From Candidatus Aceula meridiana (lineage in GTDB: Bacteria; Omnitrophota; Gorgyraeia; Zapsychrales; Aceulaceae): 64,000 nucleotides of DNA. Position 1 is the first letter of the stretch. Each line of letters begins with the position of its first letter. A program made the translations under genes and the position numbers. Below are positions 37,019-46,754 of this stretch, piece by piece. Location: contig JAVCDE010000033.1 in NCBI GenBank assembly GCA_030765185.1, forward strand, positions 74,957 through 138,956, written 5' to 3'. Below the pieces are notes generated by a model, which had not been told where the DNA came from, ran no database searches, and saw only the letters and a list, made by a program, of their open reading frames with translations.

Positions 37019-38072
37019 TCATTCCCCTTTTCAAAGTCTCTTGTCTTTGCTCAACAACATTCCTTCGCTGAACAATCCCCCTTAAAAGCCTTCCTAAAAT
37101 ATCTGCCCCAGTAATAATCCGTCTTTCATGATTCCAATACAAAATGATATCGTTATCAACAACATCGTCTTCCTCATGCTCCGGACGCACTTTAAACTCT
37201 AAAATAACTTCCCCGAGCTTTGTCCCCGGCTGAGTTACGACAATGGGCCTATGGCAATACGTATAAATACTTTTGACCTCTTTGGCATACATCGCATCGC
37301 GTAAAAACTGATCCGCGTTTAAGACAAAAACCGGGCAGCCCTCTTCATTGATGATGATAACCCATTTTTCTTTCGAGGCATTTATCTTTTTCAAAAGGGG
37401 ATCGTCAAAAACCTGCTCATATCTTGGAAACTTTAATAACCCTTTCGGAGTCGTCGGCAACTTTATAATACTCTGAGGGTTAATAATTTCTCCTTCTTCT
37501 TCCGTCTTGATATCATCAATAGCTAAGAAATTAGATGCCCCTAAGCTTTCTAAGAGACTAATATCTGTTAAACCCGATTGCGCGTGTCGATTAAGAAAAA
37601 CCTTAACTTCCTCTTCTTGAAAAAAGCTGGTTTTCTCCTTCCCCAATAAAGCATCCAAGAATAAACCCGTTGGCTTTGCGATAGGAAACAACAAAACCTG
37701 ATAAAGTCGAATGGCCGGAACAAGAAACTTGCTTGACTTAAGGGCATGCCGAGCAAAATACGCCTGAGGGATAATCTCACCGAAAAACGTTATCCCAAAC
37801 GTCGAAAAAATAAATGCCCACAAAATAGGAAAAATTGAACCTATCAAAAGTGTCAGCAAAACATTAACGCTGACATTTCCCCACAAAATCGTTGCTAGCA
37901 GATAATGAGCATCTTTTCTCAAGCTCAAGATTCTTGCGGCATCTGCGTTATTCGCTTCAGCCTGGATTTCAAGCCGTAGACGACTTAATCCGAAAAGTCC
38001 CAAATTAAGACCTGAGAACATAGCCGAATTCGAAATACAAACTAAAATACCGATTATTTTAAGTATTATCAT
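37008..38072 (-). CDS. CNNM/CorC-family (DUF21 transmembrane domain + CBS-like region) putative Mg2+/Co2+ efflux protein, paralogue 1
   Basis: 354 aa. DUF21 signature …FSGLNLGLFGLSRLRLEIQAEANNADAARILSLRKDAHYLLATILWGNVSVNVL… It has no recognisable CorC_HlyC C-terminal domain. Confidence 0.7.
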   Translation of the reverse strand: MIILKIIGILVCISNSAMFSGLNLGLFGLSRLRLEIQAEANNADAARILSLRKDAHYLLATILWGNVSVNVLLTLLIGSIFPILWAFIFSTFGITFFGEIIPQAYFARHALKSSKFLVPAIRLYQVLLFPIAKPTGLFLDALLGKEKTSFFQEEEVKVFLNRHAQSGLTDISLLESLGASNFLAIDDIKTEEEGEIINPQSIIKLPTTPKGLLKFPRYEQVFDDPLLKKINASKEKWVIIINEEGCPVFVLNADQFLRDAMYAKEVKSIYTYCHRPIVVTQPGTKLGEVILEFKVRPEHEEDDVVDNDIILYWNHERRIITGADILGRLLRGIVQRRNVVEQRQETLKRGMNET

Positions 38073-38087
38073 AAATTTAAAAAATAG

Positions 38088-39110
38088 CTAACCACGAGGA
38101 ACAATACCTCTTAGAAGCCTGCCCAAAAAATCAGCTCCGGTTATAATCCTTTTTTCTTTTTTTCCCCAATAAAGAATAATATCATTATCAACAACATCAT
38201 CTTCGGGGCTTTCCGCCCTTACTTTAAAACTTGCTAAAACTTTTCCAAGATTTATTTTTCCGTCTTTTAAAACAATGGGACGATGGCAATACGTGTAAAT
38301 ACCTTTCGCATGTTCTTCGTCTAAGGCATCTCTTAAAAACCCGTCTGCATTTAAGACATATAAAGGATTTTGAAATTCATCTGCGATAACCACCCATTTT
38401 TCTCCTGAAACATGGACTTTCTGAAGAAAGCTATCTTCAGCGTTTCTTTTAAATTTTGGAAAAATCGGCAACCCTTGTTTATTAGTAGATACGGAGATAA
38501 TACTTTTAGGCGTCAAAACCTCACCCTCATTCTTGATCAATATATCATCAAGCATCAAAAAGTTGGCAGCTCCTACACTCTCGATATGACCGATATCCGT
38601 GCTCGCTGATAAGGCATGTTGTCGCAGTAAAACTAAAATTTCCTTTTCGTTGAAGTAACTTACTTCTTCTTTGCCAAGCCAATAATCTAAAATAATACCG
38701 GTTGGCTTAGAAAAAGGATAAAGAAGAATCTGATAAAATCTAATAATAGGCACGAGGATGGTGCTTGCCTTCAGTGCATATTTAACAAGATAAGCCTGCG
38801 GAATAATCTCTCCAAAGAATGTAACAGCAAAAGTCGAAAAGAGAAATGCCCCTAATCCTGTCAGCACAGAATCAGTTAGTAGGGTCAGCAAAACTATGCT
38901 GGCGACATTACCCCAGAGTAAGGTTGCTAACAAAAAATGGATGTCTTTTCTTAAAGATAGAATCCTCTTGGCGTCAGGATCTTTTAGATCTACCAATACT
39001 TCCAAGCGTAACCGGCTAGACCCAAAAAACCCTAAGTTTAATCCGGAAAACAAACCACAATGGATTAAACTTATGACAACACCTATCCAAATAAATACTT
39101 CCATTCGCAT
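38088..39110 (-). CDS. CNNM/CorC-family (DUF21 + CBS-like) protein, paralogue 2
   Basis: 340 aa. …FSGLNLGFFGSSRLRLEVLVDLKDPDAKRILSLRKDIHFLLATLLWGNVASIVL… About 45-50% identical to paralogue 1 over its full length. Confidence 0.7.
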   Translation of the reverse strand: MRMEVFIWIGVVISLIHCGLFSGLNLGFFGSSRLRLEVLVDLKDPDAKRILSLRKDIHFLLATLLWGNVASIVLLTLLTDSVLTGLGAFLFSTFAVTFFGEIIPQAYLVKYALKASTILVPIIRFYQILLYPFSKPTGIILDYWLGKEEVSYFNEKEILVLLRQHALSASTDIGHIESVGAANFLMLDDILIKNEGEVLTPKSIISVSTNKQGLPIFPKFKRNAEDSFLQKVHVSGEKWVVIADEFQNPLYVLNADGFLRDALDEEHAKGIYTYCHRPIVLKDGKINLGKVLASFKVRAESPEDDVVDNDIILYWGKKEKRIITGADFLGRLLRGIVPRG

Positions 39111-39282
39111 CTTCCCTTAATATCTTAGGTTTTAAAGACATCCTCTTTACTGCTAGCTGAACTTCTAATCAAAACCTATTTAATCCAAGAACAAAATTAA
39201 AGCTGAAAAAAACATAACAAATTGAAACAAACAGATAAAAATCTTAATCCGTTTTAGAGTATTATTACGACCTTGCCCAAAT

Positions 39283-40005
39283 TCATTTGACGATATCGCA
39301 CATTTCGTTTTTAACAACATCAAGCTTCCCAAAACATATAATTTTATCATTCAATAATATTTTTGTGCTAGCTTTAGGATTTGGAATTATTGAATGATCT
39401 CGCTCAATGGCTAACAAATTAATATCTTTGCCCCTTAAATCTGCTTCAAGAATTGTTTTATTTAATGCAGAGCTCTCCACACAAACATCAATGCTTAATA
39501 CGCCATAACCACCTGTTGACACGACAAGCTCCTCAAAAGAAACAGATTTAATAATATCCTTTTTAATAATTTGTCTTCTCAACAAATCAGTTAATTTCTT
39601 CATATATTTGGATTTAGTAACAAACCGATACATATAATAAATTGTGGCTATAATTATTAATAAGTTAAAGAAAGGTAGTATTTGCGCCGGAATAAACAAA
39701 TCCACGAAAGGAATCTTTATTTTAGGAAATAAAGAGCTCGGACTTAAAGAATTGGCAAATGTTGCGATCAAAGTTACAAGCCCTGCATTACCAAAAACCA
39801 TAAGGACTGAGGCAATCTGCCTTCGCTGAGGATTGCCCGTGATCAACTCTGCTTCTTTGGTTGTAAAACCCGTTCCCGTAAAACATGAAAGAGATTGAAA
39901 TTTTGCCAAAGACCATTCCAGTCCTGTTAACTCAAAAGCAATCGCACCAAGGCGAACCACGATAAAGGAAACAGATATCATAACAATAAATAATAAAAGA
40001 TTCAT
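39283..40005 (-). CDS. Ion channel/transporter-like membrane protein with a single pore-loop-like motif and a C-terminal RCK_C (TrkA-C) domain
   Basis: 240 aa. TM helix, then SLSCFTGTGFTT (reminiscent of the TrkH/KtrB M-P-M selectivity region), a second TM helix, then an RCK_C-like region (…VLSIDVCVESSALNKTILEADLRGKDINLLAIERD…ICFGKLD…). Confidence 0.4.
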   Translation of the reverse strand: MNLLLFIVMISVSFIVVRLGAIAFELTGLEWSLAKFQSLSCFTGTGFTTKEAELITGNPQRRQIASVLMVFGNAGLVTLIATFANSLSPSSLFPKIKIPFVDLFIPAQILPFFNLLIIIATIYYMYRFVTKSKYMKKLTDLLRRQIIKKDIIKSVSFEELVVSTGGYGVLSIDVCVESSALNKTILEADLRGKDINLLAIERDHSIIPNPKASTKILLNDKIICFGKLDVVKNEMCDIVK

Positions 40006-40027
40006 TTATTCCTCCCATTTCTAATTC

Positions 40028-41524
40028 TTATCTTGTGCGTCCGTAGACCCTTGCCGACTCCTTGAAGCATTTAATCAAAGGCTGCCTTATCTTTATGCTG
40101 GAAAGTCGCCACTCCCAATTATCCTTTACAAAAGAAGGATTATTCATCCGGGCTTTCTTTCCTAAGGACAAAAAATCCTGCATAGGAATAACAACAGTAT
40201 TTGCAACAGAGGCCATAGCTGTCTGTATTAACTCCCATGATACCTCTTTGGAGGTCACTTTTCTCCCTAAATATTCAAATAAATTCTTTTTTTCCTCGGT
40301 TGTCGCTTCTTTTTCAAACCACCCTCTTGCCGTATTGTTATCATGAGTTCCTGTATACAAGATACAATTTTGTACATGATTATGTGGAATATACGGATTA
40401 CTGGCCATATCCCCGCCAAATGCAAAAAGAAGAACCTTCATTCTTGGAAAATGATACTTATTCATCACGTTAACGACATCTGGCGTAATAATACCCAAGT
40501 CTTCGGCTATAACTGGAAAATTTCCAATCTTTTTTAATACTGTGTCAAAAAAATCTTCAACAGGGGCGTTAACCCACTTTCCCTTAACAGCTGTTTTTTC
40601 TTTAGAGGGGATCTCCCAGTATGCGACAAGCCCTCGAAAATGGTCAATGCGTACAATGTCATATAAAGAAAATACACGCTTAAAACGCCTAATCCACCAA
40701 TCATATTTCGTTTTTCTTAATTCCTCCCAATGATAAACTGGATTACCCCACAGTTGGCCAGTTTTACTAAAATAATCCGGAGGAACTCCCGCAACAACAT
40801 AGGGGTTTTTTTGTTTATCAAGTTTAAAAATTCTTGGATTTGACCATAAGTCGGCACTATTGTAATCCACATAGATAGGAAGATCACCAATGATGCTTAT
40901 ACCTTTTTTATTACAATACTCTTTAAGTGAAATCCATTGTTTTGATAAAATATGTTGGATAAACTTCTCCGACTCTATCTCCTTTTCTAAGGTCTTGCCC
41001 CAGGTCCGCACGGCCTTCTTTTGCTTATCCTGTATATCTTTAGGCCATTGATTCCAGCGTATTCCCTTAAAATATCTATTGAGTGCTGTAAAAAGAGCAT
41101 AGTCATCAAGCCAATCTTTATTTCTTCTACAAAAATCTTTGTAGTCCGATTTCTTAAATCTATCTTGGCGTGCACAAGCTTTATCGATAAGAGACTTCTT
41201 AAAATTTGTTACCTTCAGATAGTCTACTTTCTCACTAGAAAAACTTGGTATTGATTTTAAATCCTTGGGGTCAATCATTCCTTCTTTTAAAAGAAGATCA
41301 GGGCTGACAAGCAAAGGATTTAGAGCAAACGCCGAAAGCCCATGATAGGGAGAATTATAATAAATTGTATCTGTAGGGCTTAACGGAAGTATCTGCCAAT
41401 ATTTCTGATGTGCTTGGCTTAAGAAATCAACGAATTTATAAGCTGACGCACCAAAGTCCCCTATGCCAAACCGCGATGGAAGCGAAGAAATATGCAACAA
41501 TATGCCACTGCCTCTTTCCTTCAT
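40028..41524 (-). CDS. malQ: 4-alpha-glucanotransferase (amylomaltase, GH77)
   Basis: 498 aa. N-terminal GILLHISSLPSRFGIGDFG… and GH77 catalytic regions. Confidence 0.85.
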   Translation of the reverse strand: MKERGSGILLHISSLPSRFGIGDFGASAYKFVDFLSQAHQKYWQILPLSPTDTIYYNSPYHGLSAFALNPLLVSPDLLLKEGMIDPKDLKSIPSFSSEKVDYLKVTNFKKSLIDKACARQDRFKKSDYKDFCRRNKDWLDDYALFTALNRYFKGIRWNQWPKDIQDKQKKAVRTWGKTLEKEIESEKFIQHILSKQWISLKEYCNKKGISIIGDLPIYVDYNSADLWSNPRIFKLDKQKNPYVVAGVPPDYFSKTGQLWGNPVYHWEELRKTKYDWWIRRFKRVFSLYDIVRIDHFRGLVAYWEIPSKEKTAVKGKWVNAPVEDFFDTVLKKIGNFPVIAEDLGIITPDVVNVMNKYHFPRMKVLLFAFGGDMASNPYIPHNHVQNCILYTGTHDNNTARGWFEKEATTEEKKNLFEYLGRKVTSKEVSWELIQTAMASVANTVVIPMQDFLSLGKKARMNNPSFVKDNWEWRLSSIKIRQPLIKCFKESARVYGRTR

Positions 41525-44334
41525 TATCTTTCTCCTTGTTGGAATAGCACTGCGACAGGAAAATGTGAGAGAATATCACCAACACAGATGCTTTTTTCAC
41601 ACTGAACTTTCTGTAAAGTTATCACATTGATAAAATCACCGGTCATCAAGCCTGTTAATTGTACACACGTCTCTTTCCACACTTCTTTTCCTAAAGGTGC
41701 CTCATCTTCTTTGATAACATCCATAAGAAACCGAGGAGCAACAATGACTACCCGGCTATTATTAAATTGTCTTGCATAAGCAATGATGGACTTACTACGC
41801 TCTCCTTCAACGTTCAGAGGCACGAGATCTCCTCTTAGGAATAAATCCTCATGTTTTTTTCTCAGCTTTAATATTTGATGAATAAGGAATAGCTTGATCC
41901 TACCGTCATCCTTTGTTTGAAGCAACTCACCAGCGAGCGCCAAAACATCCTGCGTGCTTTTCTCCTGAATAAATTCTAAATCTTTTATTCTCGCATCGTA
42001 ATCAACAGGCCTTCTATTATCAGGATCGGTTAAATTAAAATCCCACAACTCAGTTCCCTGATAAAAATCTGGAACCCCAGGGGCTGTCATTTTAATTAAT
42101 GTGTTGGACAAACTATTAAAAATGCCATAATGTGAAACTTTTTGTTGAAACTCTTTAAAACTCGTCAAAAATTTATTTTCGCCAGATTGATCAAGTAGTT
42201 TTTCTACAAAAAAAACACACGCATCTTCATATTTAATATCAGGCTTGATCCATGCGGTATGAACCTTGGCCTCGCGCACAGCTTTAACAATATGCTCTTT
42301 AATTCTTTCTTTATAATCCTCCATTTTATCCATCCCAAATGGAAATGACCCAAGCAATGTCTGATAAATAAAATATTCATCGTTTGCATCTGGCATGCTC
42401 TCCCGACCATCTCTTTGCTTCTTTTCATCATTAATGATTGACCATTGCTCAAGATAGGAGCTCCAGACATCAGGCATCTCTGATAAAACATTGATTCTGG
42501 CTCTGACGTCTTCACCTCTTTTAGTGTCATGTGTGGCTGTTGCATTAAAAGAATGCATTGTTCTGTCCGATCGGTCTTTCAAGAATTTAAAAAAATCTCC
42601 CATTTCAATGCCTAGTAAAAAAGGATCACCCCCGACTTCATTAAGCGACAGCAATTGATTAAAGGTATAAAAAACCGTATCTTCAAACCCTTTTGCCATG
42701 ATCGGCGCTGTCAGCTGCTGAAATCTCATAATAAAATTCCAAAACTCATCTTGTTCCTCGCCAACAAGGGTCTCAATTAGCTCCAAAAACAAAAATTTCT
42801 TAATAAATCCGATCTCGTGTTCGAATTCTGGGGCGTGTCGATGAGCTTTTTCAATAGCTTCGTTAATATATTTTTTATCACTTTCCTCAAAATTATTACG
42901 GTTAATGTATGTTCGATAGACTGGAAAAAACGCTACAACCTCAACGAGAGCTCTTTTAAGTCCGTACAGTGTTATATCTCGTCCAAACCTATGATGCCCC
43001 GCAACTTTTTTCATAAGGTGCGCTAAATTATCAATGTCGCCTGCCATGTGCTTTCCAATAATCAGCCTTTTTTTACTTAATACAAGATTTTCATAAGACG
43101 TTGTTAGATTGACAAACTTAGAATAAACTTCTCTTAGCTGACTTTCGTTTTCTTTCATACAAAAAAGCCTATTAACTTTGTTCATAAAATCATATCCTGT
43201 CGTCCCCTGAACAGGAAAAGATGCCGACAATTCCTCCTTTTCGGCAAGAATCTTTTCGACAATAACATAGATATCTTTGACTTCATTTCTTAAGTTCTTT
43301 AAATATGCTGCAGGATCATACAAACCGTCAATATGGTCAACTCGAAGCCCATGAACTTTTTTTTCTTGGACTAAACGCAGAATAAGTTTATGTGTCGAAT
43401 CAAAAACATCCTTTTTCTCAGCCCTTAAAGAAATGAGCTCGTTGATTGTAAAAAATCTCCTATAATTTAATTCTTCAGAAGCGACTTTCCAAAAGGACAG
43501 ACGGTAGCATTGTTTTGAAAGCAGCATATCTAATTCATCTAAGGCATGAACGCTCTCGCCCTCTCCGTTTAAAAAAGCTATATTTCCATCCACAAAAAAC
43601 TTGATGTCAGCGTTCTCGCTGTAAAACTCCCACAACATTCTTTTAGCATGCCTGACTTGGTCATACTGCTGTTTGCCTTGAAATCGAGAGACGCTAGAAA
43701 AAGTATCAACAATGCCCAAAAATTTAACCAATAAAGAATCCCCAATTTTCTTTTCACTTTTAAGAGAATCAAAATTATAAAGCAAAACATCTTTATAAGT
43801 CCCTAGCAAAATAGGAAATTTTAAGTCATAATATTTAGCCGCAAACCCATTTTCATCAAAAACAATCTTAATTTCTTTGTTCTCTAAAACTTCTGAATAA
43901 AATCCTCCTAAAAAGGGCGCGAGAACTCTTTCCTGAAAGCTTTCGAAAGGATGAATCCAGTCAATGTCAAAATAATAAAAAAACGGCGAATTTTCTCTCT
44001 GCTCAAATATATCCATAAGCATCGAATTATCTTTGTCATACGCCATATGATTCGGCACAATATCTTGAAGCCAAAACATTTCATTTCTTCTAAGCTCGTC
44101 GCTCAATTTCCCAAATTCTTCCTCTCCGCCTAACTCTGGATTAATTTGATTTGGGTCAACCACGTCATATCCATGCTGACTTCCTTCTCTGGCTTTAAAT
44201 ATCGGAGAAGCATAGACATCTGAAATGCCCAAAGAACTCAAGTAAGGCAAAATATTTCTTGTTTCTTTGAAGCCAAACGATGGGATTAGCTGAATTCTAT
44301 ATGTTGAGGTTGGAATGTGCATTATCCTGTCCAA
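41524..44334 (-). CDS. treY: Malto-oligosyltrehalose synthase (GH13)
   Basis: 936 aa. N-terminal STYRIQL…GISDVYASPIFKA…GYDVVDP… is typical of TreY. There is a 1-nt overlap with malQ. Confidence 0.85.
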   Translation of the reverse strand: MDRIMHIPTSTYRIQLIPSFGFKETRNILPYLSSLGISDVYASPIFKAREGSQHGYDVVDPNQINPELGGEEEFGKLSDELRRNEMFWLQDIVPNHMAYDKDNSMLMDIFEQRENSPFFYYFDIDWIHPFESFQERVLAPFLGGFYSEVLENKEIKIVFDENGFAAKYYDLKFPILLGTYKDVLLYNFDSLKSEKKIGDSLLVKFLGIVDTFSSVSRFQGKQQYDQVRHAKRMLWEFYSENADIKFFVDGNIAFLNGEGESVHALDELDMLLSKQCYRLSFWKVASEELNYRRFFTINELISLRAEKKDVFDSTHKLILRLVQEKKVHGLRVDHIDGLYDPAAYLKNLRNEVKDIYVIVEKILAEKEELSASFPVQGTTGYDFMNKVNRLFCMKENESQLREVYSKFVNLTTSYENLVLSKKRLIIGKHMAGDIDNLAHLMKKVAGHHRFGRDITLYGLKRALVEVVAFFPVYRTYINRNNFEESDKKYINEAIEKAHRHAPEFEHEIGFIKKFLFLELIETLVGEEQDEFWNFIMRFQQLTAPIMAKGFEDTVFYTFNQLLSLNEVGGDPFLLGIEMGDFFKFLKDRSDRTMHSFNATATHDTKRGEDVRARINVLSEMPDVWSSYLEQWSIINDEKKQRDGRESMPDANDEYFIYQTLLGSFPFGMDKMEDYKERIKEHIVKAVREAKVHTAWIKPDIKYEDACVFFVEKLLDQSGENKFLTSFKEFQQKVSHYGIFNSLSNTLIKMTAPGVPDFYQGTELWDFNLTDPDNRRPVDYDARIKDLEFIQEKSTQDVLALAGELLQTKDDGRIKLFLIHQILKLRKKHEDLFLRGDLVPLNVEGERSKSIIAYARQFNNSRVVIVAPRFLMDVIKEDEAPLGKEVWKETCVQLTGLMTGDFINVITLQKVQCEKSICVGDILSHFPVAVLFQQGER

Positions 44335-46748
44335 ACTTTAAAACTTTCACCAAGCTGATCGAAAAGCTTAAACCATTCTTGAGCCGGAATGTTTCCGTTG
44401 TCAGATTCCTTTTTCTTCTCTTTGACAACCTTCTTTCCTGCTGAATAATAAATATTTTGAGCTTTCCAGAAATCTATTTTGAGAGAAAGAGGCACAAAAA
44501 TTGTTAATAATTTAACAACTGCTTCTAGCGCGTCAGTATTGTTTGGATTTTGCTCAAAGATGCCCATAAGTTGATTCACCCGACGCCTAACCAAAAAGCC
44601 TAATGTAATGGTATCGATATCAAGTGATAATTCTTTTATCTCAGATACAAAATGTTCTAATTGATCGAAATTCATTGTTTCACTATGAAGCGCTCGAACA
44701 ATGTCTGTATTAATCGTAGCTGCAAGAGTATTCGCTAGTGCTTTAGGCAGCGGCTTATTAAACTGTCGAATAACTTGAATAATAGGATAATAGCGCTCAT
44801 TAATTTGTCTTAAAGAACCGTCGACATCTTTTAAAGTTGACTCAAGGACCTGATCCAACACTTTTGTCTGTTCATCTTTGAATAGATGCCATAAAGAATA
44901 ATGGCTTTTATCAAAATAATTCTCAATTAAGCTAATGGTCCCGGCTATGTCGCTCTTTTTAAAAGTTTCCTTTAACTTATCGCTCGCTTCTTTTAAAAAA
45001 TCATTCTCACCGTTAAATATTTTGACCCCTGCAATAAAATTATGATCACCCAAGTATAATACCGCAAAAACAATCGTCGCCTCTTCTTCAGTGATGTCTG
45101 AAATTATCTTTGTCTTCCCTACGGATAATTTCTGCTTTCCAAGTTCGGTAAAATCATATACTTCATCTTGGACTGTATAGCAATAAAGATGCTTTCGTTC
45201 ATTAGGCTGTTTTGACAATGACGAAATGGCATAATGCACGCCAACTCGAAGCAGGCTTAAAACGCCTGGCTTAACAAAATTCTCGTAAACATATTTTGCG
45301 TCTTTGTATTGCGCAATATTGCTTGGAACCTTTTCTAATAAATTAATAAAAGTATCTTCTAGGCGCATATCTGTTATTTCTTGAATAAGCTGGATAACCC
45401 TAGCCGCATATTGTAAGATTTGCACTGTCTCAATTCCCGAAACTTCGTCAAAAAACCATCCACAGCTTGTATACATAAACATCGCATGTCGCTGAAGTTC
45501 CAGCAGCTGAAAAACCTTTGTTCGCTCTTGAGAAGAAAGATTATGCGTCTGATTCTTCTCAAAGAATAAACTTACATTTTCCTCTGATCTATTTAAAATA
45601 ACATCAATATAATCATTGCGTACTTGCCACGGATCTTTAACATAAGATTTCATTTGTTCTTCAAAGATTTGGACCGCATTGTCTCGAAGCCAATCTAAGG
45701 CCCCTCTTAAAGGAGCTCGCCACTTTTGATTCCACGACCAATGCATACCAGAATTACATCCACAGTTATTTTTCCACCGCTCCACTCCGTGCACGCAGCT
45801 CCATGAGGAGTTTTCGTGGATCTCCACCTCATTCCGAGGAGGATGGCTCTCAAGATATTCTCCATATATTGTTATTTTCGCGAGATTTTTCTCTCGAATA
45901 TAATCTAAGCAATAAGCTAGCGCCATGTCTGCTTTTTGTTGATGATGGCCATACGTTTCCCCATCTGTTGCAATATGAACAAGTTGATCTTCTTCAGAAG
46001 AAGTAAAAACATTTAGCATGCGATCTGCTAAATACTCGCCCTTCATCAAAAGTTTTTCAAATGCGACTCCCTGGGAAATCGGGCCATCATAAAAGAATAA
46101 TGCAATTGTTCGCCCAGATGCAAGAGTACACTGATAGGGATACCTCGGATCAATCTTGCTATCACTGACATTCTTCCATCTTTTATCATTAAGCTTGCGC
46201 ACCCTTTTGGCTTGACGTGGAGCAAGGATTGTAAATTTTATCCCTTGTTCAGCTAAAATATCCAATGTTTCTAAATCCACTCCAGTTTCCGGTAACCACA
46301 TCCCCTCTGGTTTTCTACCAAATCGAAACTCAAAATCCTTTATGCCCCAAAAAATTTGTGTAAATTTATCACGAGAGTTCGACAATGGCATAATCATGTG
46401 GTTATAACATTGCGCTAACGCCGATCCATGTCCTGAAAATATTTTTTGGCTTTCTTTATCCGCTCTAAGAATAGCCTGATATGTTTCATTATCATTTTTT
46501 TCCACCCAAGACAATAACGTCGGTCCAAAATTAAAACTAATATTGGCATAATTGTTAATAATATTTGTTATTTTGCCATAAGGGCCTAGTATTCTTGCAA
46601 GCGCATTTGGCGCATAACATTCTGCGGTTATCCTTTCATTCCAATCATGATACGGATAGGAAGAATCTTGCTGCTCAATAGCTTCAAGCCAAGGGTTCTC
46701 TCTAGGCGGTTGATAAAAATGTCCATGGATACAAATATGTTTATTCAT
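44322..46748 (-). CDS. GH57-family glycoside hydrolase with a long C-terminal extension
   Basis: 808 aa. N-terminal ICIHGHFYQPPRENPW… is the GH57 hallmark. The C-terminal ~300 aa is alpha-helical and of unknown function. It overlaps treY by 13 nt. Confidence 0.75.
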   Translation of the reverse strand: MNKHICIHGHFYQPPRENPWLEAIEQQDSSYPYHDWNERITAECYAPNALARILGPYGKITNIINNYANISFNFGPTLLSWVEKNDNETYQAILRADKESQKIFSGHGSALAQCYNHMIMPLSNSRDKFTQIFWGIKDFEFRFGRKPEGMWLPETGVDLETLDILAEQGIKFTILAPRQAKRVRKLNDKRWKNVSDSKIDPRYPYQCTLASGRTIALFFYDGPISQGVAFEKLLMKGEYLADRMLNVFTSSEEDQLVHIATDGETYGHHQQKADMALAYCLDYIREKNLAKITIYGEYLESHPPRNEVEIHENSSWSCVHGVERWKNNCGCNSGMHWSWNQKWRAPLRGALDWLRDNAVQIFEEQMKSYVKDPWQVRNDYIDVILNRSEENVSLFFEKNQTHNLSSQERTKVFQLLELQRHAMFMYTSCGWFFDEVSGIETVQILQYAARVIQLIQEITDMRLEDTFINLLEKVPSNIAQYKDAKYVYENFVKPGVLSLLRVGVHYAISSLSKQPNERKHLYCYTVQDEVYDFTELGKQKLSVGKTKIISDITEEEATIVFAVLYLGDHNFIAGVKIFNGENDFLKEASDKLKETFKKSDIAGTISLIENYFDKSHYSLWHLFKDEQTKVLDQVLESTLKDVDGSLRQINERYYPIIQVIRQFNKPLPKALANTLAATINTDIVRALHSETMNFDQLEHFVSEIKELSLDIDTITLGFLVRRRVNQLMGIFEQNPNNTDALEAVVKLLTIFVPLSLKIDFWKAQNIYYSAGKKVVKEKKKESDNGNIPAQEWFKLFDQLGESFKVWTG

Positions 46749-46754
46749 AAAATC

